A stretch of DNA of 64,000 nt from Octopus vulgaris (taxonomy: Eukaryota), in NCBI GenBank assembly GCA_951406725.2, contig OX597833.1, forward strand, positions 63,302,001-63,366,000, read 5' to 3'. Every line of letters starts with the position of its first letter. The first letter of the stretch is position 1. The notes beneath the pieces are model-generated. The model was not told the DNA's origin and searched no databases. It was given only the letters and a program-made list of their open reading frames with translations. Shown here piece after piece: positions 1-13,315 of the stretch. The position numbers were made by a program, and so were the translations under genes.

Positions 1-169
1 TGCTGCCTTTTTCCTTCATAACAGCAACAACATCAACATTTTTCAAAACGGGGGTGAGGGGACAGGATCGTCTTAATCAATCTAAAAGGGCACGACGTAG
101 ATTCTATGACCCCCACTAAAGTTAAAAGTGGACCTTCTCTGTAAGCAGTAACGGGTGGTGGTGTTGATG

Positions 170-500
170 GTGACGTGCATCTGCGCTGATCGTCATCATC
201 ATCGTCGTCGTCGTCGTCATTATTGTCCTCCTTCTACTCCTGCTCTTCCTGCTGCTGCTGCTGTTGTTGCTGTTGCATCTCCTCCTCTTCCTCCCACTCT
301 TCTTTATCATCACGATGGTCATCCTCATTATCTTCCTCCTCCTCCACCTCCTCCCCCTCTCCTCTCCTCTCCTCCTCTCCTCCTCTCCTCCTCTCCTCTC
401 CTCCTCTTCCTCCTCTTCCTCCTCTCCTCTCCTCTCCTCCTCCTCTCCTCTCCACCTCCTCCTCCTCCTCATCATCATCATCATCATTATCATCACAGTA
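170..500. repeat. Low-complexity (CAT/CGT/GCT/CTC)n tract
   Basis: Mixed trinucleotide and CT-rich repeats; overlapping ORFs in most frames are homopolymeric. Confidence 0.85.
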
Positions 501-659
501 TTATCTTCTGAGAAGAAGGTAAGCAACATTGGGCAATTGTATATAGTGTGCCATAGAAACCCTTCCCGCATATCTTTAAATGCCTGTTGGTGTGGCGCTT
601 GTAAAGTTTCATTAGACGATGATGGTGTGGTCATATAGATAATGTTTGACCGTTGTCTT

Positions 660-800
660 TTGGCAGTTACCTAACCAAATGGTTCCAGGTTCAGTCCCAC
701 TGCATAGCACCTTGAACAGCTGTCTTCTGTTATAGCCTCTGACTGACCGAAGTCTAGTGAGTGGTATAGGTAAACGGAAACTGAACGAAGTCCGTCATTT
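660..800 (+). mobile_element. Degenerate SINE family A head/core
   Basis: ggttccaggttcagtcccactgc...tgtcttctgttatagcctc...acggaaactgaacgaagtccgtc matches the copies at 40869 and 46202. Confidence 0.75.
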
Positions 801-819
801 ATACATTTACATTTCACCG

Positions 820-1135
820 GCTCTCCGTCGGTTACGACGACGAGGGTTCTACTTGATCCAATCAACGGAACAGCTTTCTCGTGAAATTAACGTGCAAGCG
901 GCTGAGCACCCCGCAGTCACGCGTATCATTAACGTAGTTCTCAGAGGTATTCAGCATGATAGAGGATGTGAGAAGTCTGGCCCCTTTTAAATTACTGGTA
1001 CAACTCATTTTTACCAGGCTAGTGGAATGGTACAATATGAAATGAAACATTTTAGTAAAGGACACAGCACGCCAACCAGGAATCGAACACTCGAACTTAC
1101 GATCGTGACGCGGAAACCCTAACTACTAAACCACC
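820..1135 (-). mobile_element. tRNA-derived SINE (D-type core, C-type tail), diverged
   Basis: ctccgtcggttacgacgacgagggtt tail is shared with 27279; tRNA-like head at 1075-1135. Confidence 0.8.
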
Positions 1136-1173
1136 ACACTCTTTCCCATCTTACATTTATTAATCACTTAACG

Positions 1174-1310
1174 ATCGTTTCGATAACCGGTGGAAATGTT
1201 ACATAAATTAACATGTGAGGTTATACTAAATAAACAAAACCACTTATGTAAAACTAATAACGTCTTAAAATGTTAATTGATGTAACATTTCTGCTAATTA
1301 GCGAAACGAT
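1174..1310. mobile_element. MITE-like element with 41-bp imperfect terminal inverted repeats
   Basis: 1174-1214 is the reverse complement of 1270-1310 with about 7 mismatches. Confidence 0.55.
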
Positions 1311-1552
1311 GGCATCGAATGCCCTTATCTCTTATACATCTCCGTGTTTACGTAAAGATTTTTACGATTGATGCACAATCTCTTCTCAATCGGTAAATTT
1401 CCTTAAATTCTCTTATTTGTATGGAGAGTCTTTCGTTTAGATTAACGGAAATGTTGAATCGAATTTTCCATTCTGTACATTCTCGAAGACTGGATTTCAC
1501 AATGAGTGCTGTCTGAGGTACTAGCTTGGATTTCTTAAATCCATATCGTCTT

Positions 1553-1612
<60 letters not shown>

Positions 1613-1637
1613 GTATGTATGTATGTATGTATGTATG

Positions 1638-1683
<46 letters not shown>

Positions 1684-1779
1684 CTTACCTACCTACCTAC
1701 CTATCTATCTATCTATCTTATCTATCTACCTACCTACCTACCTACCTACCTACCTACCTACCTATCTATCTATCAATCA

Positions 1780-1855
<76 letters not shown>

Positions 1856-2190
1856 GCCTGTCTGTCTGTCTATATATGTTTGCATGTATGTATCTATCTA
1901 TCTATATGCATTCTTATATTTATACGTGTATGTATATCTATATATATATATATATACACACATATATATATGTATATACATATAATATATATACATATAC
2001 ATCTAAGTATAAATATATACGTATAAATGTATATATATATGTATGCATATATATACGTTTATATATGCACACGCACACACTCACACACATATATATATAT
2101 GCATATACACATACATATACATATATATATGTATATACACATACATACATATACATACATATACATACATACACACATATGTATACACAT
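1553..2190. repeat. Compound (TATC)n/(TATG)n/(TACC)n/(TA)n/(CA)n microsatellite
   Basis: Direct inspection. Confidence 0.95.
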
Positions 2191-2644
2191 TAAAAAAATG
2201 GCGTGCATATATACACTCATAGGCACAGAGCTATCAAGGGCTGTGACCTAAATATTTAGGGGTTAGCTAGTGTTTGTTAATCTCCAATAGTTTCCTAGTC
2301 ACCTCAAATTACTCCCTTGTTTTATTATTATTTCACGACATTAAAAACACATTAGATACAATAATCCCCATATTTTCTTCATTACTTCAACACAATATCA
2401 CCGTTTCTTTGTCACTAAACTAATTAATTAATCTAATTTCCAGCCAACATTTGTTTCTCCCCCCCTCTCTGTATGTCTTTCTTTCTGTCTGTCTGTCTGT
2501 CTCTCTTTCCCACTTTTTTTTTTATCAACATTTCAATATAACGGATACGGTAAACGGTGACGTCGGCCATACTACCGCTGACGAGGCCGAATAACCATAG
2601 ACGTTCAGAGTTAACTCCCTTGCCAGTAGAACCAATTGAAAACG

Positions 2645-2853
2645 CGTGGCTTAGTGGTTAGGGTGTTCGGCTCACGAATGCCCCAATCGTGAGTTCGGTT
2701 CTCGGCGTTGCTTTGTGTCCTTCAACAAGACACTTTATTTCACATTACTCCAGGCCACTCAGCTGGCAAAAAATGAGTTGTATTTGTAATTCAAGGAGCC
2801 AGGCTTGTCGCATTTCGTGTCACACTGAATCTCCTTGAGAACTACGTTAAGGG
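2645..2853 (+). mobile_element. tRNA-derived SINE (D-type core, C-type tail), 3' truncated
   Basis: A box tggcttagtgg, B-box-like gagttcggttc, core caagacactttatttcac...ccactcagctggcaaaaaatgagt. Confidence 0.8.
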
Positions 2854-2860
2854 ACCAGTC

Positions 2861-2991
2861 GAATTCGTGGACCCGTGTACTCAACTGGTACTTATTCTAT
2901 CTACCCGAAAAGTTGCAAAATCGATCTCGGAACTTAAAGAGCCTGGAGAAATGTTGCTAAGCATTTTGTTCAGTATGGTAACAATTCTGCC
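2861..2991 (-). mobile_element. Degenerate SINE family B remnant
   Basis: ctcaactggtacttatt...acccgaaaag...ctaagcatttt...attctgcc. Confidence 0.65.
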
Positions 2992-3062
<71 letters not shown>

Positions 3063-3076
3063 TAATAATAATAATG

Positions 3077-3140
<64 letters not shown>
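2992..3140. repeat. (AAT)n microsatellite
   Basis: Direct inspection. Confidence 0.97.
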
Positions 3141-3141
<1 letters not shown>

Positions 3142-3225
3142 TGTTTTGTCTTGGTATAAAAGATGGGCTACGTCAAATATTCTGCTCAATGCCACAGTTT
3201 TGCTTGTCAGTTGTTTGACCTTAAA
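3140..3225 (+). mobile_element. Interspersed repeat family E fragment
   Basis: Reverse complement of 18310-18395. Confidence 0.75.
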
Positions 3226-3294
3226 AAAAAAAAAGCAAACAGAAGAGATATAGTGAAAGCCACTTGTCCAGAAGAGATATAGTGAAAGCCACTT

Positions 3295-3492
3295 GCTGGA
3301 AAGCAAACATCTTACCACACAGCCACGTCTGACGGACTTTTTCCAATTTCTCTCAACGAAATCCACTCACAAGTCTTTGGTCAACCCGGGGATATAATGA
3401 AAACCACCCGTCCAAGGTGCAACGCTGTGACACTGAAACCGAAACCATGTGGCTGGAAAACACGCTTTTTACTTTTCCCCACTCGGCCATGC
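3295..3492 (-). mobile_element. Two degenerate SINE family A head fragments
   Basis: cttaccacacagccacg and aaatccactcacaagtctttggtc...ccaaggtgc...gaaaccatgtgg. Confidence 0.7.
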
Positions 3493-4124
3493 ATTCACTT
3501 GTTCTTTCCCCGTCAGTTTTTAAACGCTGCGATTATACATCTTTAAACGACTGCGGTCTCCATTTAATGTTGCTCACGTGACAACAAGCAGACGACACAC
3601 GGATCTCTCTCTGCTGCTGCAATAAATCATTCCCTTCTCTTCTCTCCATCATTTCTATTTTATGAACTCTGTTTGTACATCTTTAAACCACTGTCGTCTC
3701 CATGTGATGCTGTGTTTATGGAGATTTGTAGTGGATTAAAAAGTAATGAAGAGGGAAGCGGAAGGACAAGGATTTATCATGGAAGATAGATTTATCATGC
3801 GTCTGGTTTTACGATCAGCATCCGCATCACCATCACCAGTGTCACTATAAACATCATCATCATCATCATCATTATCAGCAACAACACTAGCTTTGCCAGC
3901 ATCAACTGTTGACACCATCGCCGCCACCACCGTCACCACGACGACGACGACGACGACGACCACCACCACCACCATCACCACCACCACCATCACTACCAGT
4001 ACCATCATCACCACCACTACCACCACCACCACCATCACCACCACCACCACTACCACCACGACCACTACGCCCACAACGACCATCACGACCACGACCGCGA
4101 CCACCACTACCACCAGGCCGCAAA

Positions 4125-4745
4125 CCAACCAATTAAACAATCTACCAGCCAAACTACCAACCACCCAGCTTATCAACCAGCCAGCTAACCAATGAAACAA
4201 TCACCTAACCTTAATTTATCAACTAATTAGTCAAAGCAATCAGCCAGCCAACCAACCAACCAATGAAACAACCAACCAACCAACCAGCCAACCAAGTAAC
4301 CAAGCAATTAACCAACCAACCAATTAACCAAGCTACCAATTAGTCAATCAGCCAACCAATGAGGCAATCAACCAGCCAGCCAAGTAACCAAGTAATTAAC
4401 CAACCAACCTATTAACCAAGCTACCAATTAGTCAATCAGTCAACCAATGAGGCAATCAACCAAGTAACCAAGTAACCAAGCAATTAACCAAGCAACCTAT
4501 TAACCAAGCTACCAATTAGTCAATCAGCCAACCAATGAGGCAATCAACCAGCCAATCAAGTAACCAAGTAATTAATCAACCAAGCAATTAACCAACCAAG
4601 CAATTAACCAACCCAGCAATTAGTCAAACAGCCAACCAATCAACCAAGCAAGTAGCTTGCCGTCTAACGTCCTGACAAATCAACCAATTAACCAAATCAA
4701 TTAATTAATAGGCCAACCCGGTAATTACCCAATCAGCTAATCGAC
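4125..4745. repeat. (AACC)n-derived degenerate minisatellite with ~88-bp higher-order unit (about 3 copies)
   Basis: ttaaccaagctaccaattagtcaatcagccaaccaatgaggcaatcaacc recurs near 4324, 4412 and 4500. Confidence 0.85.
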
Positions 4746-5053
4746 CACAGAAAACTATTTTAAAATTGATTTCTGGTTTGGATGATAAAGTTCAGAACGC
4801 ATAACATTTTCCGGGCCTCCGTTGACCCTTGTCCGTACATTTGTTACAGAGTGGACACTAATAAAAGCACACAGAGGTCAGGTGGGTGGTGTTAGCGGAT
4901 AAACCGGACGACCAAATGTCCATCAATTTCAAGCAAATCAATTGCGCTTTAAGAATGACGGGCACCTTGTACAAATAATAAAAAAATCTAAGGGATTACC
5001 TCGGCGGGGATAACCCCTGGTTATATATATGCCCAACCACACATGCGTAACAA

Positions 5054-5455
5054 TGTGGTAAGTAGCTTGCTTACCAACCACATGGTTCCGGGTTCAGTCC
5101 CACTGCCTGGCACCTTGGGTAAGTGTCTTCTGCTATAGCCTCGGGCAGACCTTATGAGTGGATTTGGTCAACAGAAACTGAAAGAAGCCCATCGCATATG
5201 TGTGTGTATGTGTGTGTGTGTGTTTCTGTCTGTGTTTGTCTCCCACAATCGTTTGACAACCGGTATTAGTGTGTTTATGATCCCATAAACTAGCTGTTCG
5301 GCAAAGCAGCTGATTGAATTATTTCCAGGCTTAAAAAAAAAAAAAAGATTAAGTACAGATGGTCGATTCCTTCGACAAAGACTTCTTCAGGGCGGTGCCC
5401 CAGCATGGCCGCAAGTCTAATGACTGAAACACGTACAGGATACAAAAAGATAAAC
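5054..5455 (+). mobile_element. SINE family A, near full length (tRNA head, CORE-like centre, internal (TG)n, tail)
   Basis: tgtggtaagtagcttgcttaccaaccacatggttccgggttcagtcccactg...caccttgggtaagtgtctt...cagcatggccgca...tgactgaaac. Confidence 0.9.
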
Positions 5456-5817
5456 GATCCAGTCAACCAATCATACCTCCACATTCTCTCTCCCAACAGC
5501 CAATCAAATAACCCAATCACTTCACCAACCAACAAACCAAACAACCAACGTTGCATGTAACAGACCACTTAAGCGATACTAAAGTAGTATCTACAGATTT
5601 CTTAACACAGAACTGGAAAAAAATAAATAATAAAAGAAACACATTCAAAAATATAGGATTTCTTGAAATGGTTTTTCTCTCTTCTACTGACTCCGCGCCT
5701 TCACAACACGAAGCCCTCACCCGCCACCATTGCCAGCATCCATCCCTGTCTACAAGAATTTGATGTTAAAACCAGAGCAATTTCCTGAAACGTGAAACAT
5801 CAACAGATTTATTTTCA

Positions 5818-6212
5818 ACAAGCAGTATCGCCCGGCGTTGCTCGGATTTGTAAGGGAAATAACTATATAAGCATTTTTTTAGAGTTATAGCCAAAAAATA
5901 GCAAACAAATGCATTAAAAATGGAAAAAAATGATGGTAAATTTTTTTTAAAATCGTTGACTCATCGTAGACATTTTTAGAGAGTTACTTCCCTTATATTA
6001 AAAAAATATGCATTAAAATGGAAAAAAATGATGGTAAATTATTTTTAAAATCGTAGACTCATCGTAGACGCACGCTAATACCCAGAAGGGCTCGATATGA
6101 ATCACGACTATAAGATACCAGGTTTTGGTTAAACTGCACCGCAAAATGTGGGAGTAGTTAGGAATCTAAATCGGAGTAGACAGACACACAACCTTACTTT
6201 TATATATAAAGA
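5818..6212 (-). mobile_element. Non-autonomous Helitron-like element with internal tandem duplication
   Basis: Minus strand starts TCtttatatataaaa and ends in hairpin ccgagcaacgccggg + atactgCTTG (CTAG-like); same 3' end as 28506-28533; internal ~60-bp duplicate at 5910 and 6008. Confidence 0.7.
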
Positions 6213-6331
6213 TTTCTCCTCATTCAGTTTGTGTTTGGATGCGTTGTTTTTTAAGGGTTTTGTAGAAGAGAAAGGGGTTAGAGGTTAGGGATTAGATTTT
6301 TGTGATTATAGTTGTGTGGTTATGGAGATTC

Positions 6332-6563
6332 GGCGGCGAGCTGGCAGAAAGGTTAGCACGCTGGGCGAAATGCGTAGCCGTATTTCGTCTGCCGTTACGT
6401 TCTGGGTTCAAATTCCGCCGAGGTCGACTTTGCAATTTCTTCCTTTCGGGGTCGATAAATTAAGTACCAGTTACGCACTGTGGCCGATGTAATCGACTTA
6501 ATCCGTTTGTCTGTCCTTGTTTGTCCCCTTCTGTGTTTAGCCCCTTGTGGGTAGTAAAGAAAT
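6332..6563 (+). mobile_element. SINE family B, tail type B1 (tRNA head, Meta-like central domain)
   Basis: ggcggcgagctggcagaa...ggttcaaattccgccgaggtcgacttt...cctttcggggtcgataaattaagtaccag. Confidence 0.9.
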
Positions 6564-6854
6564 ATATGGAGGTTCGTTTGTAACCGCGTAGTTTTGGGTT
6601 CAATCCTAATGCGTGGCGGTTGATGCCATAGGAGTGGGTTTGGTAGATGGAAGACAGTCGCATATATATTCAAGTGGCCAGCATGGGAATAAAAGCCTTC
6701 AAAGGTATTAATTATTACTAAAATTATAATTTAGAGTATCTAAGAGATACCATCACGCTGGAAATAGCAGCCAAAATTTGACTCTAAACCTAAATTAATG
6801 CGGTTTTAGAGTCAAGTTGATTGTTTGGGATATTGTTGGCTTGGTTGGTGGAGA

Positions 6855-7171
6855 AGCAGCAGCAGCAGGGGCAGGAGCAGCAGCAGTAGTAGTAGTAACA
6901 GTAGTAGTAGTAGTATTAGTAGTAGTAGTAGTAGTGGCAGTGGTAGTGGTACTACTACTGGTGCTTGTAGTAGAGATGGCAGTTGAAACAGTAACGCTGG
7001 TAGTAGTAGTAGTAGTAGTAGTAGTTGCGATGGTGGGGCTGGTGTTCGTGGTGGTGGTTGTTGTTTTATAGTAGTAGTAGTAGTAGTAGTAGTTGCGATG
7101 GTGGGACTGGTGTTCGTGGTGGAGGTTGTTGTTGTAATAGTAGTAGTAGTAGTAGTAGTAATAATATTGGC

Positions 7172-7211
<40 letters not shown>

Positions 7212-7340
7212 ATAATATTGGTAGTAGTAGTAGTAGTTGTAGTAATAATATCGGTAGTAGTAGTAGTAGTTGTAGTAGTAGTAGTAGAAGTAGAAGTAGT
7301 AGTAGTAATAGCAGTGTTGGTGGTGGTGGTAACGGTAGCG
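6855..7340. repeat. (GTA)n/(GGT)n compound microsatellite with internal duplications
   Basis: Direct inspection; 34-bp duplicate at 7021 and 7089. Confidence 0.92.
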
Positions 7341-7607
7341 GTTTGTTAGGGTTTTAGCACAGACCATTTAACGTGTATTTGTTCAACCGGATGTGATGTT
7401 CCTCATCATTGTTTTGCAATACCCCACCCTCCCTCAAATACCCACCTCCCCACAACCCATAAAACGAACCCACACCACCCGTTCTCATGTTTCTTAATTA
7501 CTTTACACATATTTTCCTTTCCAACCGTGGCTAATTAATCACATTTGGGACGATCTTCACCAGATGTCACTCCTACACACATCTTAGAACAGTTCTATGT
7601 CAGTAGA

Positions 7608-7685
7608 AGCACAGTGGCATAGTTGGTAAAGCAGTCACAAGAAGTGAGAGAAAACACGTAAAAAACGTGGTTCGAATTCTCTCCT
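7608..7685 (+). pseudogene. tRNA-like (A box/B box) remnant or orphan SINE head
   Basis: tggcatagttggt and ggttcgaattc boxes without a complete cloverleaf. Confidence 0.4.
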
Positions 7686-7720
7686 TTCTGTTTTATAGAA
7701 CTATTGTATTTTATTTGCGA

Positions 7721-8191
7721 GTGAGAGTAGATAGGCAAGCTTTGTCTAGGGAATGTTTCAAAAAAAGATGGCTGAATGCAGCAAGGATGGTACGTATGAA
7801 TAACGAAGCCACCTTGAGCATAATCCTATGAACCCGAAAAAATTTAAAACAGAGAGTTACTTACTTGCAAATAAATGTGTTAGCATGTGACATTATTGAC
7901 CGAAGTTACCGTAGTCTTTTCAGTAGGCTTTTCTTTCCACGGATAAACGTTATCTGCTTCCCCCTTTGCACTTTACATGATGACATTTCTGTGATACACG
8001 ATCCCTATTGATCGTTTTTTATTTGTTTTTATATTTTCTTTCTTTCTTTCTTTTTTTTTACGATCCCTTTTGATCGAAAACCTACCCCACAATTTTTTTA
8101 TTTTATTTTTCTTTTTTCTCCCCCAAAAGAAAAGCTCTACTTTGTAATCTGTCCCGTCTGTGTTCAGCCCTGTGTAGCTAATAAAGAAACA
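7721..8191 (+). mobile_element. Tx1/L1-clade LINE 3' fragment (end of ORF2 plus 3' UTR)
   Basis: Aligns with 31205-31680; encodes VRVDRQALSRECFKKRWLNAARMVRMNNEATLSIIL*. Confidence 0.88.
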
Positions 8192-8214
8192 TATGTATGT
8201 ATGTATCTATCTAT

Positions 8215-8364
8215 CTGTGATACACGATCCCTATTGATCGGCCCCACTTTCTTTTTTACGATCCTTTTTGATCGAAATTCGCCCCCCTTTTTCTTTCTTC
8301 CCAAAAAGAAAAGCTCTACTTTGTAGTTTGTCTCTTCTGTGTTCAGCCCTGCATGGCCAATAAA
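8215..8364 (+). mobile_element. Second tandem 3' UTR fragment of the same LINE, followed by (TATC)n
   Basis: ctgtgatacacgatccctattgatcg...aaaagaaaagctctactttgta...tgtgttcagccctg..aataaa repeats 7989-8186. Confidence 0.85.
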
Positions 8365-8371
8365 TCTATCA

Positions 8372-8514
<143 letters not shown>

Positions 8515-8807
8515 CATCTATCGATCTATCTATCGATCTACCTTCATCCATTATAACCCGAGATTATTCCCTTCACCGCAATGAAGGCGAGTGAAGATAT
8601 TTTCGCATTTCCCTCAGTATTTGACCTGTTTTCATCGCTGCTGAGATGGTGGTGGTGGTGGTGGTGGGGTAGATTTGGGCGTGGGATTTAATTGCAGCGC
8701 TAATTAATTGAATTAAGCAAACATTAAAGATATTATTGCTCTCTCTATATATATACTTTGATATTTGTGTTTGTATATCAACGTTATTACTTGCATACTT
8801 ATATGTG

Positions 8808-8851
<44 letters not shown>

Positions 8852-8907
8852 CTTATATGTGTATGCATATATATATATATATATATACACATACTTATAT
8901 GTGTATG

Positions 8908-8965
<58 letters not shown>

Positions 8966-8967
<2 letters not shown>

Positions 8968-9166
8968 TAATCCAAACAAGAAAGCACAAAAAAACAACAC
9001 CACAACGCGAGGACGTGGAACAAATACAGTATTATTGGGCGCTCAGGAAAGAAGAAAAGAAGGAGGTTTTAACGTTTCGAGCGGAGCTCTTCGTCGGAAA
9101 CATAGGAGAAGGAAAGATCCAGAGAAGGGAAGACAGAGGAAAAAATCGCCAACGGTACACACGCGG

Positions 9167-9170
<4 letters not shown>
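8966..9170 (-). mobile_element. Penelope-like/retrozyme-type short element with hammerhead-like fold
   Basis: Minus strand gttt-cCGACGA-a-GAGC-tcc-GCTC-GAAACGTTA-aaac; bounded by (TA)n; homologous to 24725, 35320 and 63800. Confidence 0.65.
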
Positions 9171-9232
<62 letters not shown>

Positions 9233-9270
9233 ATGTATGTATATATATGTACATACATAAATATATATAC

Positions 9271-9360
9271 ATACAGAAATCTCTCGACCATCGCGGGTGT
9301 TACGCGTTCCCAAACTCCCCGCGATAAGTGAAAATCCGCGAAGTGGAAACAGTGCTGTAC
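9271..9360 (+). mobile_element. Tigger/pogo-like DNA transposon end fragment
   Basis: ta-cag...ctcgaccatcgcgggtgttacgcgttcc...cccgcgataagtgaaaatccgcg resembles Tigger-type TIR and subterminal motifs; similar motif at 52543. Confidence 0.45.
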
Positions 9361-9663
9361 TCTCTTTTACTCTTTTACTCTTTTACTTGTTTCAGTCATT
9401 TGACTGTGGCCATGCTGGAGCACCGCCTTTAGTCGAGCAAATCGACCCCAGGACTTATTCTTTGTAAGCCTAGTACTTATTCTATCGGTCCCTTTTGCCG
9501 AACGGCTAAGTTACGGGGACGTAAACACACCAGCATCGGTTGTCAAGCGATGTTGGGGGGACAAACATAAACACATGAACACACACACACACACACACAC
9601 ATACATTTATATATATACATATATACGACGGGCTTCTTTCAGTTTCAGTCTGCCAAATCCACT
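9361..9663 (-). mobile_element. SINE family A tail and part of core
   Basis: ttactcttttacttgtttcagtcatttgactgtggccatgctggagcaccgcc. Confidence 0.9.
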
Positions 9664-9721
9664 CTCTCTCTATCTTCCTGTCTCCCTCTCCCTCTCTCTC
9701 TCCCTGTCTCTCTCTCTCAGC

Positions 9722-9780
<59 letters not shown>

Positions 9781-9787
9781 TAGATAT

Positions 9788-9842
<55 letters not shown>

Positions 9843-10165
9843 TAATCTTAGGTCCTGGTAGGGTATAAAGAAAGGGTATTTATAGAGAAGCACACAAACC
9901 GAATTCTGGCCTATCAGTACTATCGGATTCCAGACTTGTAATTCTTCAAATGTAGAAAGTCCTGGTTTGTGTGGCAGTGGCGAAGAGCAAAGCAAAATCC
10001 AGAAGATAAGAAGACGAAGACATCTTTAATGATTCCTTTCAATTATTTCTTTAACCAGTCTGTCTTTTGCGTAAACTGGCGTTGGAAGCAAAACTGGTAC
10101 AGAAACAATTGTAACGAATCATTATAGATATGTTACAAAATTTCTTTGTCTTATTGTTATTTGGA

Positions 10166-10234
<69 letters not shown>

Positions 10235-10339
10235 TATTCACATTTATATTCAGAAAATGGAGAAGTAGCGTTAATATAATTTATTGAAACGTTTCCTTAC
10301 AGCTGTTTCGATTTTGCCCAAATGAATTAAATTCCAAAT

Positions 10340-11040
10340 AAAGCGGGAAGAAAAGAATGGAGTAAGGAAGGGAGGGAAAGAAGGAAATAAAGAAAGAAAG
10401 GAATGGAGAGAGAGAGAGAGTGAGAGCGTGAGAGAGAGAGAGAGAAAGAGAGAAAGAAGGAAGAGGAGAAGGAGAGAAAGAAAGAATGAAAGGAACAAAG
10501 AAATAAAGGAAGAGAGAGAGAGAGAGAGAGAAAGAAGGAAGAGGAGGAAAGTAAGAGAGAATGAAGGAAGAAAGGAAGAGGAGAAGGAGAGAAATACAAA
10601 ATGAAATGAAGAAAGAAATATAGGAAGAGAGAAAGAATGTGAGAGAGAGAAAGAAGGAAGAGGAGATGGAGGGAAAGAAAGAATGAAATGTAGGAAGAAA
10701 TAAAGGAAGAGAGAGAGAGAGAGAGAACGAAGGAAGAGGAGAATGAGAGAAAGAGAGAAAGGGAGAAAGAAATGAAGAAAGAAATAAAGGGAGAGAGAAA
10801 GGGAGAAAGACAAAATGAAATGAAGAAAGAAATATAGGAAGAGGGAAAGAGTGTGAGAGAGAGAAAGAAGGAAGAGGAGAAAGCGAGAAAAAGAGAAAGA
10901 ATGAATGACATGAAGAAAGAAATAAAGGAAGTGAGAGAGAGAGTGAGAGAGAGAGAAAGAAGGAAGAGAGAGTGAGAGAGTGAGAGAGAGAGAAAGAAGG
11001 AAAAGTAGAAGGAGAGAAAGAAATAATGAAATGAAGAATA
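10340..11040. repeat. Polypurine (GA/GAA) tract with higher-order tandem units
   Basis: gagagaaagaaggaagaggaga...gaatgaaatgaagaaagaaataaaggaa repeated about 7 times. Confidence 0.88.
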
Positions 11041-11691
11041 TACGTGTGAAAAATATGAAATGTTTTAATGGGAGGGAAACGTTGAGTAGCTTCTGGCGAA
11101 AAATTGTCAACTGAGACTCTTTGGAAATGGAATAATTCCAAAGATGACATGAAGAAGATATAATGCCTTGTATTCTTCAGTTCCAATTCTATGTAAAAAA
11201 AAAAAAAATAAATAAAATGTGTATGTGTGTAGAAGTATATGTAAGAGTGCGAAAACGTTTACGTATGTATACGTGTATTCAAATGTGTACTCATATGTAC
11301 ATATGTGTATATATATATATATATATATTTAAATATATATGTGTGTGTGCGTATATATTTACATATGTATGTATGTTTATATATATATATATTCACATAC
11401 ATATTTATACATATATACGTGCAAACATATATAAATATACATATATACACACACACACACACACATACACATATATATATATACATATATATATATGTGT
11501 ATGCTGACATACACACACATGCACACATACACACACACACATGTATATATATATATATACTCATATATATATATATGACAATTATTTTTATGTTCATTAA
11601 TGTAGACAGACACTTATATGGGCACACACACATACATACACACATTGATGCATACACACCTGATGCTTATAGGTATCCATATATTTACACA

Positions 11692-11737
<46 letters not shown>

Positions 11738-11757
11738 CGACACACATACACACTAAC

Positions 11758-11788
<31 letters not shown>

Positions 11789-12233
11789 TACATATATGTA
11801 CATATATACACAGGTGTATTTTTAAAAAAACCCTCTCTTTGTAAAGGTTAATTAGCCTAAGGTAATAATTTGACAACTGTCTTCACGGTGCCATTTTAAA
11901 CTATAAGTTGGCAAATTCAAAAACTTAGAAATTTTAAAAAAATTAAGAAATTACCACAAATCGACAACAAAAACAAGAACAACAACAAAATAGAAACGAA
12001 TTTGTCTGAGTAAATTCTGCGCTGACGACCCAAGAATGAATACATCGCTTTTCGAGAGTACGTATGGTATCACAAGTGCATATGTGTATGTAGCATGTAT
12101 GTATGTATGTATGTATGTATGTATGTATGTATGTATGTATGTATGTATGTATGTACGTATCTATGTGTGTGTGCGTCTGTGTATGTATGTATATATGTGT
12201 GCGTGTATTTGCATTTATGCATATGTATATACC

Positions 12234-12269
<36 letters not shown>

Positions 12270-12275
12270 TGTATG

Positions 12276-12306
<31 letters not shown>

Positions 12307-12502
12307 GTATGTATGTACATATGTATCTATGTACGTATGTGTGTGTGCGCGCGTCTGTGTATGTATGTATATATGTATGTATATATGAGTGTATGTGTGC
12401 GTGTATTTGCATTTATACATATGTATATACCTATATATATATGTATGTGTGTGTGTATGTAATGTATGTATATATCCATGTATGCATATATGTGTGCATA
12501 TG

Positions 12503-12599
<97 letters not shown>

Positions 12600-13204
12600 A
12601 TTCATGTATGTACGTAGGCAAGTGTGTATGTATGCCTATATGTATATATATATATATGTATGTGTGTATGTATGTATATATACGTATGTATGTGTATATG
12701 TCTGTATGTAAATATGTACATATGTATGTATGTATGTATGTATGTTTGTATGAATGTATGTATATTATAGTACGGTGGTGATTTGAAAGGAATTGGAAAA
12801 TGGATAGAATGAGAATCGAGGAGACCCGATATTTCGCTCTTTTATACAGAACAACTCTTTATGTATACATTTGCATATTTTATATATTCATCTTAATGGT
12901 GATGCCTGATGATGAGGCGAGGAGAGACGAGAGGAGGATGTGTCGCAAGGTGATGAAATGTTGACGAGAAAGAGGCGCTGGTAGATGGCGATGATAATGA
13001 TGATGGTGGTGGTGGTGGGTGTGGGGGTTGTGGTGGTGGTGGTGGTGGTGGTGGGTGTGGTGGTGGTGGTGGTGGTGATGATGACAACGATGCCGTTGAC
13101 AGCATTTGAGATTATCGCCGATAGCAGACTTGAAACTCGAGTTATAAAGGTGTCGAATTTAAAATAATTTCTTATTATGAAATACACACACACACAAATG
13201 TATA

Positions 13205-13315
<111 letters not shown>

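Noticed and set aside
511-525. Strong splice-donor-like AG|GTAAGC after a low-complexity ORF
   Set aside because: No matching acceptor or credible coding sequence upstream
2578-2600. CTGACGAG...CGAA hammerhead-like motif
   Set aside because: No GAAA, and no stem II or stem I can be formed
6274-6295. Telomere-like TTAGGG fragment
   Set aside because: Only 2-3 degenerate units
12893-13130. Pro/His-rich minus-strand ORF
   Set aside because: Dominated by (CAC)n; no splice signals or domain
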